From assembly GCA_027592325.1 (NCBI GenBank), contig JAQCKO010000003.1:941-64940 (forward strand): 64,000 nt of DNA, in the 5' to 3' direction. Below the pieces are notes generated by a model. The model saw only the letters and a list, made by a program, of their open reading frames with translations. It searched no databases and was not told the origin of the DNA. A program made the position numbers and the translations under genes. Positions 28,395 to 37,513 of this stretch are shown piece after piece (the stretch's first letter is position 1; the number at the start of each line of letters is the position of its first letter). The stretch is from a bacterium (GTDB lineage Bacteria; Patescibacteriota; Patescibacteriia; UBA9934).

Positions 28395-28604
28395 ATAGGA
28401 ATTTGCTATGAAGACCAATCACGATGAATTACTCGTTCTTGGGATTGCACTTCTCAATGAAAGTCGAGATCAAATATAAATGACAGCGCGTCAACTCATC
28501 ATTACTTGAAGAGTTGTAGCGTGGTTTTGGGTAGGCATTGGTGTTCAATGGATATTATTGAGGTAGCGTAAGCATAATTTGAATTAGGTGATATTTATAT
28601 CAAC

Positions 28605-29153
28605 TCACCCACCATGCATTCGCTTTCGCCATGCATAGGTCACGTTACCGATGATGAATCCAGCGAGTATGGTTCCCAAATAGATGAGTATCGCACTTTC
28701 TATACTAATTGGAATGCGTGGCAAGGCGCCAAGAATAAGCGCGCTGGTCCATGAGGTAACTGAAATGCTTGCAAGGAGGATGATGTACGGGATATCTTTT
28801 TGAAAGGTCTTTTCTTTGAGGAGATGTTTATTCAGGTGACGCTTCAAAAGGGGAAGCGAGTAGAGGTGCAGCAAACATCCATTCACGGTCACAATCCCGA
28901 CGATAATCATTTTTGTGAGAAATTTCGTCGAAGCTAGATAGCCTTGCGGGTCAGAAAGAAATAGACCAACTCCTGATGCAATCAGGAGAAAAAGACCAAA
29001 AATCACCACATAGCCAGCGCGATGTAAAATCACATATTCGTTTTTGCTCAGACGATGATCTCTCAGCGCAGTCAAAATAATGACATCGGAGGTATAGGCC
29101 CCGCCAACACCAAGTGCGACGCCGAGTAGGTGAAATATGAGAAACATATGCAT
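28605..29153 (-). CDS. Multi-pass membrane protein
   Basis: About five hydrophobic segments, HLLG..LGVGG and FLTK motifs. Confidence 0.7.
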   Translation of the reverse strand: MHMFLIFHLLGVALGVGGAYTSDVIILTALRDHRLSKNEYVILHRAGYVVIFGLFLLIASGVGLFLSDPQGYLASTKFLTKMIIVGIVTVNGCLLHLYSLPLLKRHLNKHLLKEKTFQKDIPYIILLASISVTSWTSALILGALPRIPISIESAILIYLGTILAGFIIGNVTYAWRKRMHGG

Positions 29154-29211
29154 GTATGATACATGAGCTGTGAGGTGCTTCTAGCAATCCTCCTCAAATT
29201 GCTACAAAAGA

Positions 29212-29520
29212 GCTGAGATATTGAATATCCAGCTGACACGGAAGAATATGCATATCCCCGAGAATAATGTGAAGAATCCGCTCTTGGGGATTTCCGGGAG
29301 CGATATCTGATCGCTACATCAAAAGCTCATTCGTGAAGAGAAGTACACTATCGCGATCATTCAACAGCGGGGTACACCGCCGAATATCACGCGGTATTTA
29401 GAAACGATTTTGTCACCTAGGGTCAATTTTGAGGATAGCCTTAGCAATGATAATAATTTCACTACATCACTTATTGTCTAAAAGCATAACAAGAAGTACT
29501 CAGTTGGCTATGCGTCGATT
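29212..29520 (+). pseudogene. Decayed N-terminal fragment of a MutS (MutS7-like) gene
   Basis: AEILNIQLTRKN..KNPLL..EEKYTIAIIQQRGTPPNITRYLETILSP..YSVGY with in-frame stops at 29308 and 29479. Confidence 0.65.
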
Positions 29521-29609
29521 GCTCGTCGTCATATGTCAAACGCAATGGAAAATGCTGATATTAGCGTTCTGTTGATGTACTAAGTTCAGCCTATGCTAAA
29601 CTCGAGGAT

Positions 29610-30500
29610 ATGAATCAGGAACAATTAGATCGAATAAAGAACGGTGACGGCTTTCTTGCCGCGCTTGACCAAAGTGGGGGATCAACACCTAAGGCACTTG
29701 AGGTATATGGGATTTATCAGGACGACTATGCATCAGATGACGAAATGTTCCATTTGGTGCATGAAATGCGTACGCGGATGATGACATCACCGGCTTTCAC
29801 GGGAGAGAGAATACTCGGTGCCATTTTATTTAAGGAAACCATGGAGCGTCAGGTTGAAGGGAAAGATACAGCCGATTATCTTTGGGAAGAAAAACACATT
29901 GTCCCGTTTTTGAAAGTTGACAGTGGACTTGCAGAAGAATCCGGTGGTGTGCAATTGATGAAGCCAATGCCAGATATTGATGTTCTGCTCGAACGCGCCA
30001 CGCAAAAGCATATCTTTGGGACAAAAATGCGCTCAGTGATACATCGGCTTGAACCTGACGGGATTAAGGCAGTCGTCAATCAGCAATTTGAAATCGCGCG
30101 CCTAATCATGAAGCACGGGCTAGTACCGATTATCGAGCCAGAGGTGAGCATTGCGGCGACTGGTAAGGGAAAGATCGAAACCATGCTTCAGCAAGAAATT
30201 GCGGCAAAGCTGAATACGCTCGAAGATGACAAGCTTGTTATGCTCAAGCTAACACTACCAGAGCAAGATAACCTATACTCAAGCCTTGCTGCGCATCCTA
30301 ATGTCATTCGCATTGTGGCGCTTTCGGGTGGGTATAGTCAGGAAGAGGCGGTGAGAAGACTCTCTCGAAACACAACTATGATTGCTAGTTTTTCCCGCGC
30401 GCTTTCAGAGGGCCTTTCGGTTCATCAAACTGACGGGGAGTTTTCAAAAGTGCTCAATAATTCGGTACAAACCATTTACGAAGCATCAAGAACGGAGTAG
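29610..30500 (+). CDS. Class I fructose-bisphosphate aldolase
   Basis: [30 protein letters not shown] and ALSGGYS motifs. Confidence 0.93.
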   Translation: MNQEQLDRIKNGDGFLAALDQSGGSTPKALEVYGIYQDDYASDDEMFHLVHEMRTRMMTSPAFTGERILGAILFKETMERQVEGKDTADYLWEEKHIVPFLKVDSGLAEESGGVQLMKPMPDIDVLLERATQKHIFGTKMRSVIHRLEPDGIKAVVNQQFEIARLIMKHGLVPIIEPEVSIAATGKGKIETMLQQEIAAKLNTLEDDKLVMLKLTLPEQDNLYSSLAAHPNVIRIVALSGGYSQEEAVRRLSRNTTMIASFSRALSEGLSVHQTDGEFSKVLNNSVQTIYEASRTE

Positions 30501-30532
30501 ATTTTGCTAGAAATTTGCGGTATAACGCGCAT

Positions 30533-32320
30533 ATGCTAAAACCGCTCCTCAGTATAAAAAACGTCTCAAAATCATTTGGTCTGCAGCAAGTGCTTGATCA
30601 AGTGTCGTTTCAGGTTTCTGAGGGGCAAAAAATCGCGCTTATTGGGCGGAATGGGGCAGGGAAGTCGACGCTATTCCACATACTCACTGGTGACCTTGAG
30701 GCCGACGACGGACTGGTGCAATTTTTCGATCGCGCGCATATTGGCGTTATTCGTCAGAATGAAGTATTGCCAGGCGGCGTATCGGTGAAGCAATTCTTGG
30801 AATCAACGAGCGGAAAACCGGAGTGGGAGGTGAAAAAACTGGCGTCTCGCTTCGGATTGCATGGAGATGACCTCATGAAAGCCCCCACGGAACTTTCGGG
30901 TGGGTATCAAATGCGCGTGAAATTAACCGCGATGTTTTTAGGTGATCCAAATCTACTTCTACTCGATGAACCAGTGAATTATCTCGATCTACAAACTCTG
31001 CTCATGCTCGAAGACGTTCTTTCGGAATACCGTGGTGCTTTTATTCTAATCGCGCATGATCGAACATTTTTACAGCATACCTGTGACATGACCTTTGAAA
31101 TCGAACGGGGAATACTCACAGAATTTGACGGCGATATTGAAACGTATTTGGAGTGGAAGAAAGAACAGCGTGAATTTACGCTGAAGACAAACAAAAAACT
31201 TGCTAAAGAGATTCGTCATAATCAAAAATTTGTTGATCGATTTCGGTATAAAGCGAGTCAGGCTTCACGCGCACAGAATAAGCTGAAACATATCAATCGT
31301 TTAAAAAAGCAGGTGTATGCGATCGATGACGCTCTAAAAACAACACGCATTCAAATTTCTTGTGAGAGATGGCATACCGGACCTGCGCTCCGTATTAATG
31401 ATCTTGCGATTGGATACGCGAGCCATGTCCTTGCAGACCACATTGATCTTGAAATTCAGCGCGGGGAAAAGGTTGTCATTGCCGGCGAGAATGGAAGGGG
31501 AAAGTCGACGTTTCTGAAGACGATTACGGGGAAGATTGAACCACTCGCAGGTTCGGTGAAGTGGTGGAAGCATGCAAGTATTGGCTACTATGATCAAATG
31601 ACGAATAAGTCACTCAACGCGAGTGATACCGTGTTGAAGCATCTACAGGCTTCCGCGCCGCATGACGTCGCAGCAGAGCACATTTTAATGATGGCAGGGA
31701 ATTTTCTCTTTCGCGGGAATGATTTAGATAAAACGGTTTCGGTGCTTTCGGGCGGGGAGAGGGCCCGCCTTGCGCTCGCGGGGCTATTACTCAAACGTCA
31801 CACGATTTTGGTGCTTGATGAACCAACGAATCACTTGGACGTTGAAACGGCGGAAGCCCTTGCACTCGGGCTTAAAGCATATGAGGGAACAGTGATCGTC
31901 GTTTCACATGCGCGAACATTTGTATCTTCGCTCGTTGATCGGGTTTTTTGTATTGATCATGATGGCCTACGCGAATTTATGGGGGATTATGGCGCATACG
32001 TGGATTACTTGACTGATCTTGCGAAAGCAGAAATAGCAGACTCACTTCCTGAAAAAACAACCGATGTACGAAAAGAGGAGCGCAAATCCGCGTATGCGCG
32101 CGTACAAGGGCTGAAGCGTACGCTTGTTCAATTAGAAAGAGAGTTGGAAAAGCTTGAATCAGAGAAAAGCACGATTATGCAATTTTTCTTCGATAATCCT
32201 TCTGATTATGCTCCATCAAAAGCAGAACGGCTGACGGAGCTGAATGAGTATATTCAATCAGCGGAAACAAAATGGCTTGAGATGCAGGAGGAGATGATAC
32301 GATTGAGAACTGCTGAATAA
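30533..32320 (+). CDS. ABC-F family ATPase
   Basis: Two ABC cassettes (GRNGAGKS/LSGG/LDEP; GENGRGKS/LSGGE/LDEPTNHLD), no TM segments, C-terminal coiled coil. Confidence 0.9.
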   Translation: MLKPLLSIKNVSKSFGLQQVLDQVSFQVSEGQKIALIGRNGAGKSTLFHILTGDLEADDGLVQFFDRAHIGVIRQNEVLPGGVSVKQFLESTSGKPEWEVKKLASRFGLHGDDLMKAPTELSGGYQMRVKLTAMFLGDPNLLLLDEPVNYLDLQTLLMLEDVLSEYRGAFILIAHDRTFLQHTCDMTFEIERGILTEFDGDIETYLEWKKEQREFTLKTNKKLAKEIRHNQKFVDRFRYKASQASRAQNKLKHINRLKKQVYAIDDALKTTRIQISCERWHTGPALRINDLAIGYASHVLADHIDLEIQRGEKVVIAGENGRGKSTFLKTITGKIEPLAGSVKWWKHASIGYYDQMTNKSLNASDTVLKHLQASAPHDVAAEHILMMAGNFLFRGNDLDKTVSVLSGGERARLALAGLLLKRHTILVLDEPTNHLDVETAEALALGLKAYEGTVIVVSHARTFVSSLVDRVFCIDHDGLREFMGDYGAYVDYLTDLAKAEIADSLPEKTTDVRKEERKSAYARVQGLKRTLVQLERELEKLESEKSTIMQFFFDNPSDYAPSKAERLTELNEYIQSAETKWLEMQEEMIRLRTAE

Positions 32321-32373
32321 ATACAAAAAACAAGTCGCTATTTTTGGCGCAACTGAGAAAAACATTTTATCTA

Positions 32374-32402
32374 TTGACAGCAAGCTATTATTGGTGTAGT
32401 AT
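32374..32402 (+). promoter_or_regulatory. Sigma70-type promoter
   Basis: TTGACA-17 nt-TAGTAT with extended TG, 32 nt upstream of ATG 32435. Confidence 0.65.
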
Positions 32403-32434
32403 CGTCTATTCGCACAAAAAAGCGACAAAGAATT

Positions 32435-32872
32435 ATGTATAACAATAAAAAGCGTTCGAATGGATTCGGACAAAAGAGAAATGCATACGGAGGTGGCGGT
32501 AGAAGTCATAGTGGAGGAAATGACCGTTTTTCTCAACGAAGCGAGAGTTTTAAGGCAAATTGTGCACAATGTCATAATGACTGCCATGTGCCGTTTAAGC
32601 CGAATGGACGCAAGCCCGTGCTTTGTTCTGACTGTTTTGGTAGGCAACAAGGTGGGGGGAATGATCGTTCAGATCGTTCAGATCGTTTCAATCGTTCGGA
32701 TCGATTTGATCGATCGGAACGAGCACCTTCGCGGCGTTCATTCGATGGACCTCGTGTAAAGCGACAATCAGATGACACAGGGCTACAAGATGAACTAAAG
32801 CAAATTCGGAAAAAGCTTGAACAGATCCTCGAACTCATGCGAGAAACAAGTGTTGACGAACAAAACGACTAG
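32435..32872 (+). CDS. CxxC-x17-CxxC domain protein
   Basis: CAQC..VPFKP..KPVLCSDC; Gly/Arg-rich, with a DRS/DRF 9-bp tandem repeat at about 32663-32718. Confidence 0.85.
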   Translation: MYNNKKRSNGFGQKRNAYGGGGRSHSGGNDRFSQRSESFKANCAQCHNDCHVPFKPNGRKPVLCSDCFGRQQGGGNDRSDRSDRFNRSDRFDRSERAPSRRSFDGPRVKRQSDDTGLQDELKQIRKKLEQILELMRETSVDEQND

Positions 32873-32982
32873 TCAGCAATAATGAAAACAGGCCCAATGG
32901 GTCTGTTTTGTCTCCTACCCTGCAATGCATTGCTTTTTTACGAAAAACAAGGTTGAATGTAGCTATTTTTACTGCCCAACAT

Positions 32983-34449
32983 ATGTCGCAAACAAATAGC
33001 GTTGTCAGATTCGATACCGTCACATTTGCCTACGATGACGGCAAAAACACCCTCAATGAGGCGAGTTTTTCGGCACGAGAAAATACCAAATATGCTCTGA
33101 TGGGTCAGAATGGAGCAGGGAAGAGTACATTATTTAAACTCATCGCGGGCGAACTCGCACCAACGTCTGGGAAGATTCACCTCGCGCATGGTGCAACAAT
33201 TGCCATTGCAAAGCAGGTCATGGACCGTGAACATCATGAAAAAACAGTGCGTGCATATCTTTCTAGTGCACTCACAGAAGTACCGCGAAATATTGATAAA
33301 CGTATTACAGAAACGCTCGAGGTAGTGAATTTTGCGGTACCGCTTGAAAAGACAGTTGGCGAGCTTTCCGGTGGTCAACAAGCACGACTTCTACTCGCGC
33401 ATGCCCTTATTCAAGAGCCCGATATTCTCCTTCTTGATGAGCCGACAAATAATCTTGATGCCGAGGGCATTGGCTATTTAACGGCGTTTATTTTGATGTA
33501 TCCAAAAACGGTTCTTGTCATTTCGCATGACGCAGACTTTCTCAATAGCTTTACGGAAGGTGTTTTCCATCTTGATGTGTATACGGGGAAGGTCGATAAA
33601 TACGATGGAAACTATACTGATGTTGTTGAGGAGATTTCTGCACGCGTTGAGCGCGAACGAGCAAAAAATGCACAGCTTTTAAAGACCATCCAGGACCGTA
33701 AAGATAAAGTGAACTTCTTTTCGCATAAAGGAGGGAAGATGCGTAAACTCGCAAGCAAGCTTCGTGACGAGATCAAGGAGGCTGAAGAGAATATGGTCGG
33801 GGTGAGACGTGATGACAAAACGATTCGTGACTTTATTATTCCTGCTGAGGAGTGGAAAGAAGAAGTCGTGACGATTGATGCGGTGAAGGTAATGCTCGAT
33901 CACGAACCCCACCAAGTGAATGTTGAAGTGCGTTTGCGAAGAAAAAATCACTTGCTAGTGAAGGGCCCAAATGGAATCGGAAAATCGACTCTACTTCGAT
34001 CCCTTGCCGATGGTACAAATTCGGATGCAAAAATCGCTGAAGGGGTAAAAGTAGGGTATTACCGACAGGATTTTTCAGGGATTGATTTTTCGCAAACTGC
34101 GTATGACTCGCTGGCATCAATCATGGACGTTCCTGATGAAGAGCATATTCGTCATATTGCATCGGTATTCTTGCTAAGTCGTCCCGAACTTGCAACTACG
34201 GTGGGATCGCTTTCTGAAGGCCAAAAAGGATTGCTATGCTTTGCACGATTTGTTCTACAGGAACCTGGCCTCATTATTCTTGATGAGCCTACGAATCACA
34301 TCAACTTCAGACATATTCCTATTATTGCAAAGGCTATTAATGCTTACGAAGGTAGCTTGATTGTTGTGAGCCATGCGGAAGAATTTGTCTCCCAGCTAGT
34401 ATTTGATCAAGAGCTTGATTTGTCACATTTGATGAAAAAAATTGCGTAG
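32983..34449 (+). CDS. ABC-F family ATPase
   Basis: Two ABC cassettes (GQNGAGKS/LSGGQ; GPNGIGKS/LSEGQ), no TM segments. Confidence 0.88.
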   Translation: MSQTNSVVRFDTVTFAYDDGKNTLNEASFSARENTKYALMGQNGAGKSTLFKLIAGELAPTSGKIHLAHGATIAIAKQVMDREHHEKTVRAYLSSALTEVPRNIDKRITETLEVVNFAVPLEKTVGELSGGQQARLLLAHALIQEPDILLLDEPTNNLDAEGIGYLTAFILMYPKTVLVISHDADFLNSFTEGVFHLDVYTGKVDKYDGNYTDVVEEISARVERERAKNAQLLKTIQDRKDKVNFFSHKGGKMRKLASKLRDEIKEAEENMVGVRRDDKTIRDFIIPAEEWKEEVVTIDAVKVMLDHEPHQVNVEVRLRRKNHLLVKGPNGIGKSTLLRSLADGTNSDAKIAEGVKVGYYRQDFSGIDFSQTAYDSLASIMDVPDEEHIRHIASVFLLSRPELATTVGSLSEGQKGLLCFARFVLQEPGLIILDEPTNHINFRHIPIIAKAINAYEGSLIVVSHAEEFVSQLVFDQELDLSHLMKKIA

Positions 34450-34635
34450 ACAGATAATTTTTCTTTGGTGTGTTGATGCGGATTTGTAAGCAACCTCGGG
34501 ACGAAATTCACCCCTTGAAGTAAGTACAGTGGTAATTTTACTGAACCCGCCTTACTGAAATTTGGTTCTCGTTCCTGCGGTGATCGTAGTCATGATCGAT
34601 AGATCATTCACGTTATAAATATGTGATAACCGCCG

Positions 34636-35334
34636 CTAATTGTTGACCACAGACTTAGCGTCATTATGAACATACCATTTTGATCGATTAAGCTCGGTCA
34701 AACCATCATTTAACCAGTCGTGGCAGGCATGTTTGGGGCAGCAAGGTTTGTAAAGGTCGGGGCTACGGCCAGATAATAATTCTGTGCGTGAATCGTGGCC
34801 AATACGCTTTGTAAGAAACGCTGCCTGATGGCAATCAGATCCATCGTTTCCCTCACATTGCGCGGCGACATGTTCCCGTATTTCAGATACCATGACAGCT
34901 TCCGCAACGTTCATGAATGCTTTCCCACTCGCAGATCGATCAAGCCCTGCCATCACTACAAAGTTACCCGACAAACGTAGTGTCGCAAGAGTGATAGCGA
35001 GTGTCGATAATTGTGTAGGCTGCGATTCGCCGGTAAAGAAATGTGCTTCATCGATAATGATTCCTTTCCGTTGACCAGGGGAGGTATGGTTGAAAATATC
35101 AGAAACACATTTTAGACTTGTAGCTTCAATCTGTTCGGTTTTAAATCGGCTGACGATATTTGTCGTCGACGAATCACGTTCCGGTTTGAATGCTTGCACC
35201 ATGAGTCCAGCTCGTTTCATGCGATCGGCATATTCATATAGACGCAATGATTTCGAGGCGAACATCGGCCCAACAATGGTGATGAACTTAGAATCACCGT
35301 GCCGAAAATCAATATGTTGAAATGCTTGGCTCAT
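34636..35334 (-). CDS. tdk: Thymidine kinase
   Basis: GPMFASKS, IIDEAHF, AGLD and C-terminal Cys zinc ligands. Confidence 0.8.
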   Translation of the reverse strand: MSQAFQHIDFRHGDSKFITIVGPMFASKSLRLYEYADRMKRAGLMVQAFKPERDSSTTNIVSRFKTEQIEATSLKCVSDIFNHTSPGQRKGIIIDEAHFFTGESQPTQLSTLAITLATLRLSGNFVVMAGLDRSASGKAFMNVAEAVMVSEIREHVAAQCEGNDGSDCHQAAFLTKRIGHDSRTELLSGRSPDLYKPCCPKHACHDWLNDGLTELNRSKWYVHNDAKSVVNN

Positions 35335-35700
35335 GAACGAGATATTTTAGACAAACTATACACCATTCTAAGCATGGGGAACATTGCAGTTTTTGAGTAA
35401 TCAAAATCGCTCACCCATGCCTATGGGTGAGCTGATGCGGTTTCAAGCCCGGAAAAGCCTATTCACAGGATTCCCAGCGAGAATTATCCGACGTTCTCCG
35501 GAACTTGCGCACAGAATAGCATCCACTACATCTGAGCTTGAACACACCATCGTCGAACGCCACCAGCTTCATCACCGGTCCGTAGTATTTGGGGACCGGA
35601 TCGGCGACGGCCGGTTCCTCGCTTGGTTCATGAACGGTCTTTCTACGTTCCACGTACCGAAGGACCATTACGGGCAAGAGACGGACATCGCTATGCCTAA

Positions 35701-36018
35701 ATGGTAGAATCAAAAGATACTTTCTCAGAAAGTCGGTTTACCGCCCTTAGTGAACATTATGTAAGTGCAGGAGTGCCGACAGATTTTTCTTACAAAGTTG
35801 GAGAAATAGTATCAACAACAGTAGGGAATAATGGAGACCTCGATATTAACACCACGGTACTTGATGCTACCAATACGCTCAAACTCAATTTGCTCGATGG
35901 CACCGAATGCAATTTGATGGTCCTTGTTGGAAGCGACGCCGGTGATCTAAACTGTATGAGTGCAGCAGGCGATGATCTTTGCACGGTCAACTACACCGCA
36001 TTTGCGATTCCTCGATAA
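35701..36018 (+). CDS. Hypothetical protein (possibly N-terminally truncated)
   Basis: 105-aa ORF followed by a terminator-like hairpin at about 36050-36080. Confidence 0.35.
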   Translation: MVESKDTFSESRFTALSEHYVSAGVPTDFSYKVGEIVSTTVGNNGDLDINTTVLDATNTLKLNLLDGTECNLMVLVGSDAGDLNCMSAAGDDLCTVNYTAFAIPR

Positions 36019-36159
36019 GCCTACTTCTTCATTGGATCAAGGCACAAAAACAAGAAATCCTGAATGGGTTTTTTTGTTTTTTACACAGACCTGACGAAAC
36101 AATCATTCAAAATCCCAACTGACAACTTCATCGAAATAGCTTATAGTATAGGTACGTGT

Positions 36160-36468
36160 ATGGACATATCAATTCCAGACTATAAAGACCTCCGTGAATC
36201 AGGTTCGCCTCATGAACTCATTGACGTGCGAGAGGCTTTCGAATGGAATGAAGGACATCTTGACGGGGCAAGACTCATTCCATTAAGCGAATTGGAGCTT
36301 CAGATCAAAAAACAACTTCCAGATCAATCAATGCCAATTATTCTCTATTGTAGAAGTGGAGCCCGATCTTCACGCGCAGTAGAGCTCCTCGGAACAATGG
36401 GGTATATCAACGTCTATAATTTGATAGGTGGATATTCAATGTGGAGCATCGATCCGGACAATCGCTAA
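36160..36468 (+). CDS. Rhodanese-like domain protein
   Basis: LIDVRE..EW..GHL.GA, YCRSGARS and NLIGG motifs. Confidence 0.9.
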   Translation: MDISIPDYKDLRESGSPHELIDVREAFEWNEGHLDGARLIPLSELELQIKKQLPDQSMPIILYCRSGARSSRAVELLGTMGYINVYNLIGGYSMWSIDPDNR

Positions 36469-36481
36469 CGTGATATAAGGA

Positions 36482-37090
36482 ATGTATATGATGACAATTG
36501 AAACGATTTTTCTTCTCAGTCTCATTTTGATGGGACTATCAACGCTCTTCTTTTTTGTCCTGCGCAATGCTACAACGCATTATCGTTCAGCGCTTGCCGT
36601 CACATCGGCAACCACCGTGGCATCTCTTGTCTTGTTTTCAGGCGCTGTTTGGATAGGGGACTTGTCGCCATTCCGATGGCTATTTTATATTGTCAGCTGC
36701 TCGGTTCTGATGATGACCATCATGAAGGTTCTTTCCGTGAAGAAAGAGAATAAAACCCCGATTTTAATTTTGAACGGCCTCGTCATGCTCACCGGGGCAA
36801 TTGCTTCATTCTTCCGGCAAAATGAAGATATGATGCTCGCATTCTTTGTTTTGGGAGGTGTATTCTTTCTCATGCAGCTAATGCTTCTTGCTGAAAATAA
36901 CGCAAAGAAGTCGACGTCTAAAATGGTCTGGACGTATATTCTTGCCGGTTGGTGTGCATTCCCACTTGTCTTCGTATTAAGTCCAGAAGCCTTTTCGATT
37001 ATCGATGCAGCAATTGCGGCAATCCTCTATCTTGCTCTCGATATCTTTACCAAGGTTGGATTCTATATTCACCTGTCAAAACTCAAATAA
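36482..37090 (+). CDS. Microbial rhodopsin, schizorhodopsin-like
   Basis: About 200 aa with 7 hydrophobic helices; helix C RWLFYIVSCS, helix F GWCAFP..LSPE, helix G LDIFTKVGF with the retinal-binding Lys. Confidence 0.85.
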   Translation: MYMMTIETIFLLSLILMGLSTLFFFVLRNATTHYRSALAVTSATTVASLVLFSGAVWIGDLSPFRWLFYIVSCSVLMMTIMKVLSVKKENKTPILILNGLVMLTGAIASFFRQNEDMMLAFFVLGGVFFLMQLMLLAENNAKKSTSKMVWTYILAGWCAFPLVFVLSPEAFSIIDAAIAAILYLALDIFTKVGFYIHLSKLK

Positions 37091-37091
37091 T

Positions 37092-37496
37092 ATGCCATCA
37101 AATACAAAATACGTTACCTCACCAATCGTCGTTGTTCTCACTATTGTTGCTGTCTGTCTTTCAGCGCTCGCAGTGATTATCAGCATCACGGGTCTTTTCT
37201 TCAATACTACTGTCGATGTTCGCGTTGGCGACTCGGCTATAAATGAAGCGGTGAAATATGCCGAGATCTATGAAGAAGGAATTACTGAGTACGAGGATGA
37301 TTCGATTAGCTTTAACGTGCCGCAAGACGTCATCGTAAATTGTGAGCTTGGTGTTTGTACGTTATTCCCAGAAGTCGGAGCTGATCCTGATATGTTAATT
37401 CAATTCGCTGACGGAGAGATTCGCTATTCGATTGAATCGCAAACGCCTCCAGTTTATTTTGATCTTGTGGTTGAGTCCGTTCAATTAGCTCAGTAA
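37092..37496 (+). CDS. Membrane-anchored hypothetical protein
   Basis: N-terminal TM segment; starts 2 nt after the rhodopsin stop. Confidence 0.6.
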   Translation: MPSNTKYVTSPIVVVLTIVAVCLSALAVIISITGLFFNTTVDVRVGDSAINEAVKYAEIYEEGITEYEDDSISFNVPQDVIVNCELGVCTLFPEVGADPDMLIQFADGEIRYSIESQTPPVYFDLVVESVQLAQ

Positions 37497-37513
37497 CCTA
37501 ATCGCCGTTTAGT

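Noticed and set aside
35384-35713. Overlapping 107-aa (+) and 84-aa (-) ORFs
   Set aside because: No motif and conflicting strands; cannot decide which, if either, is real
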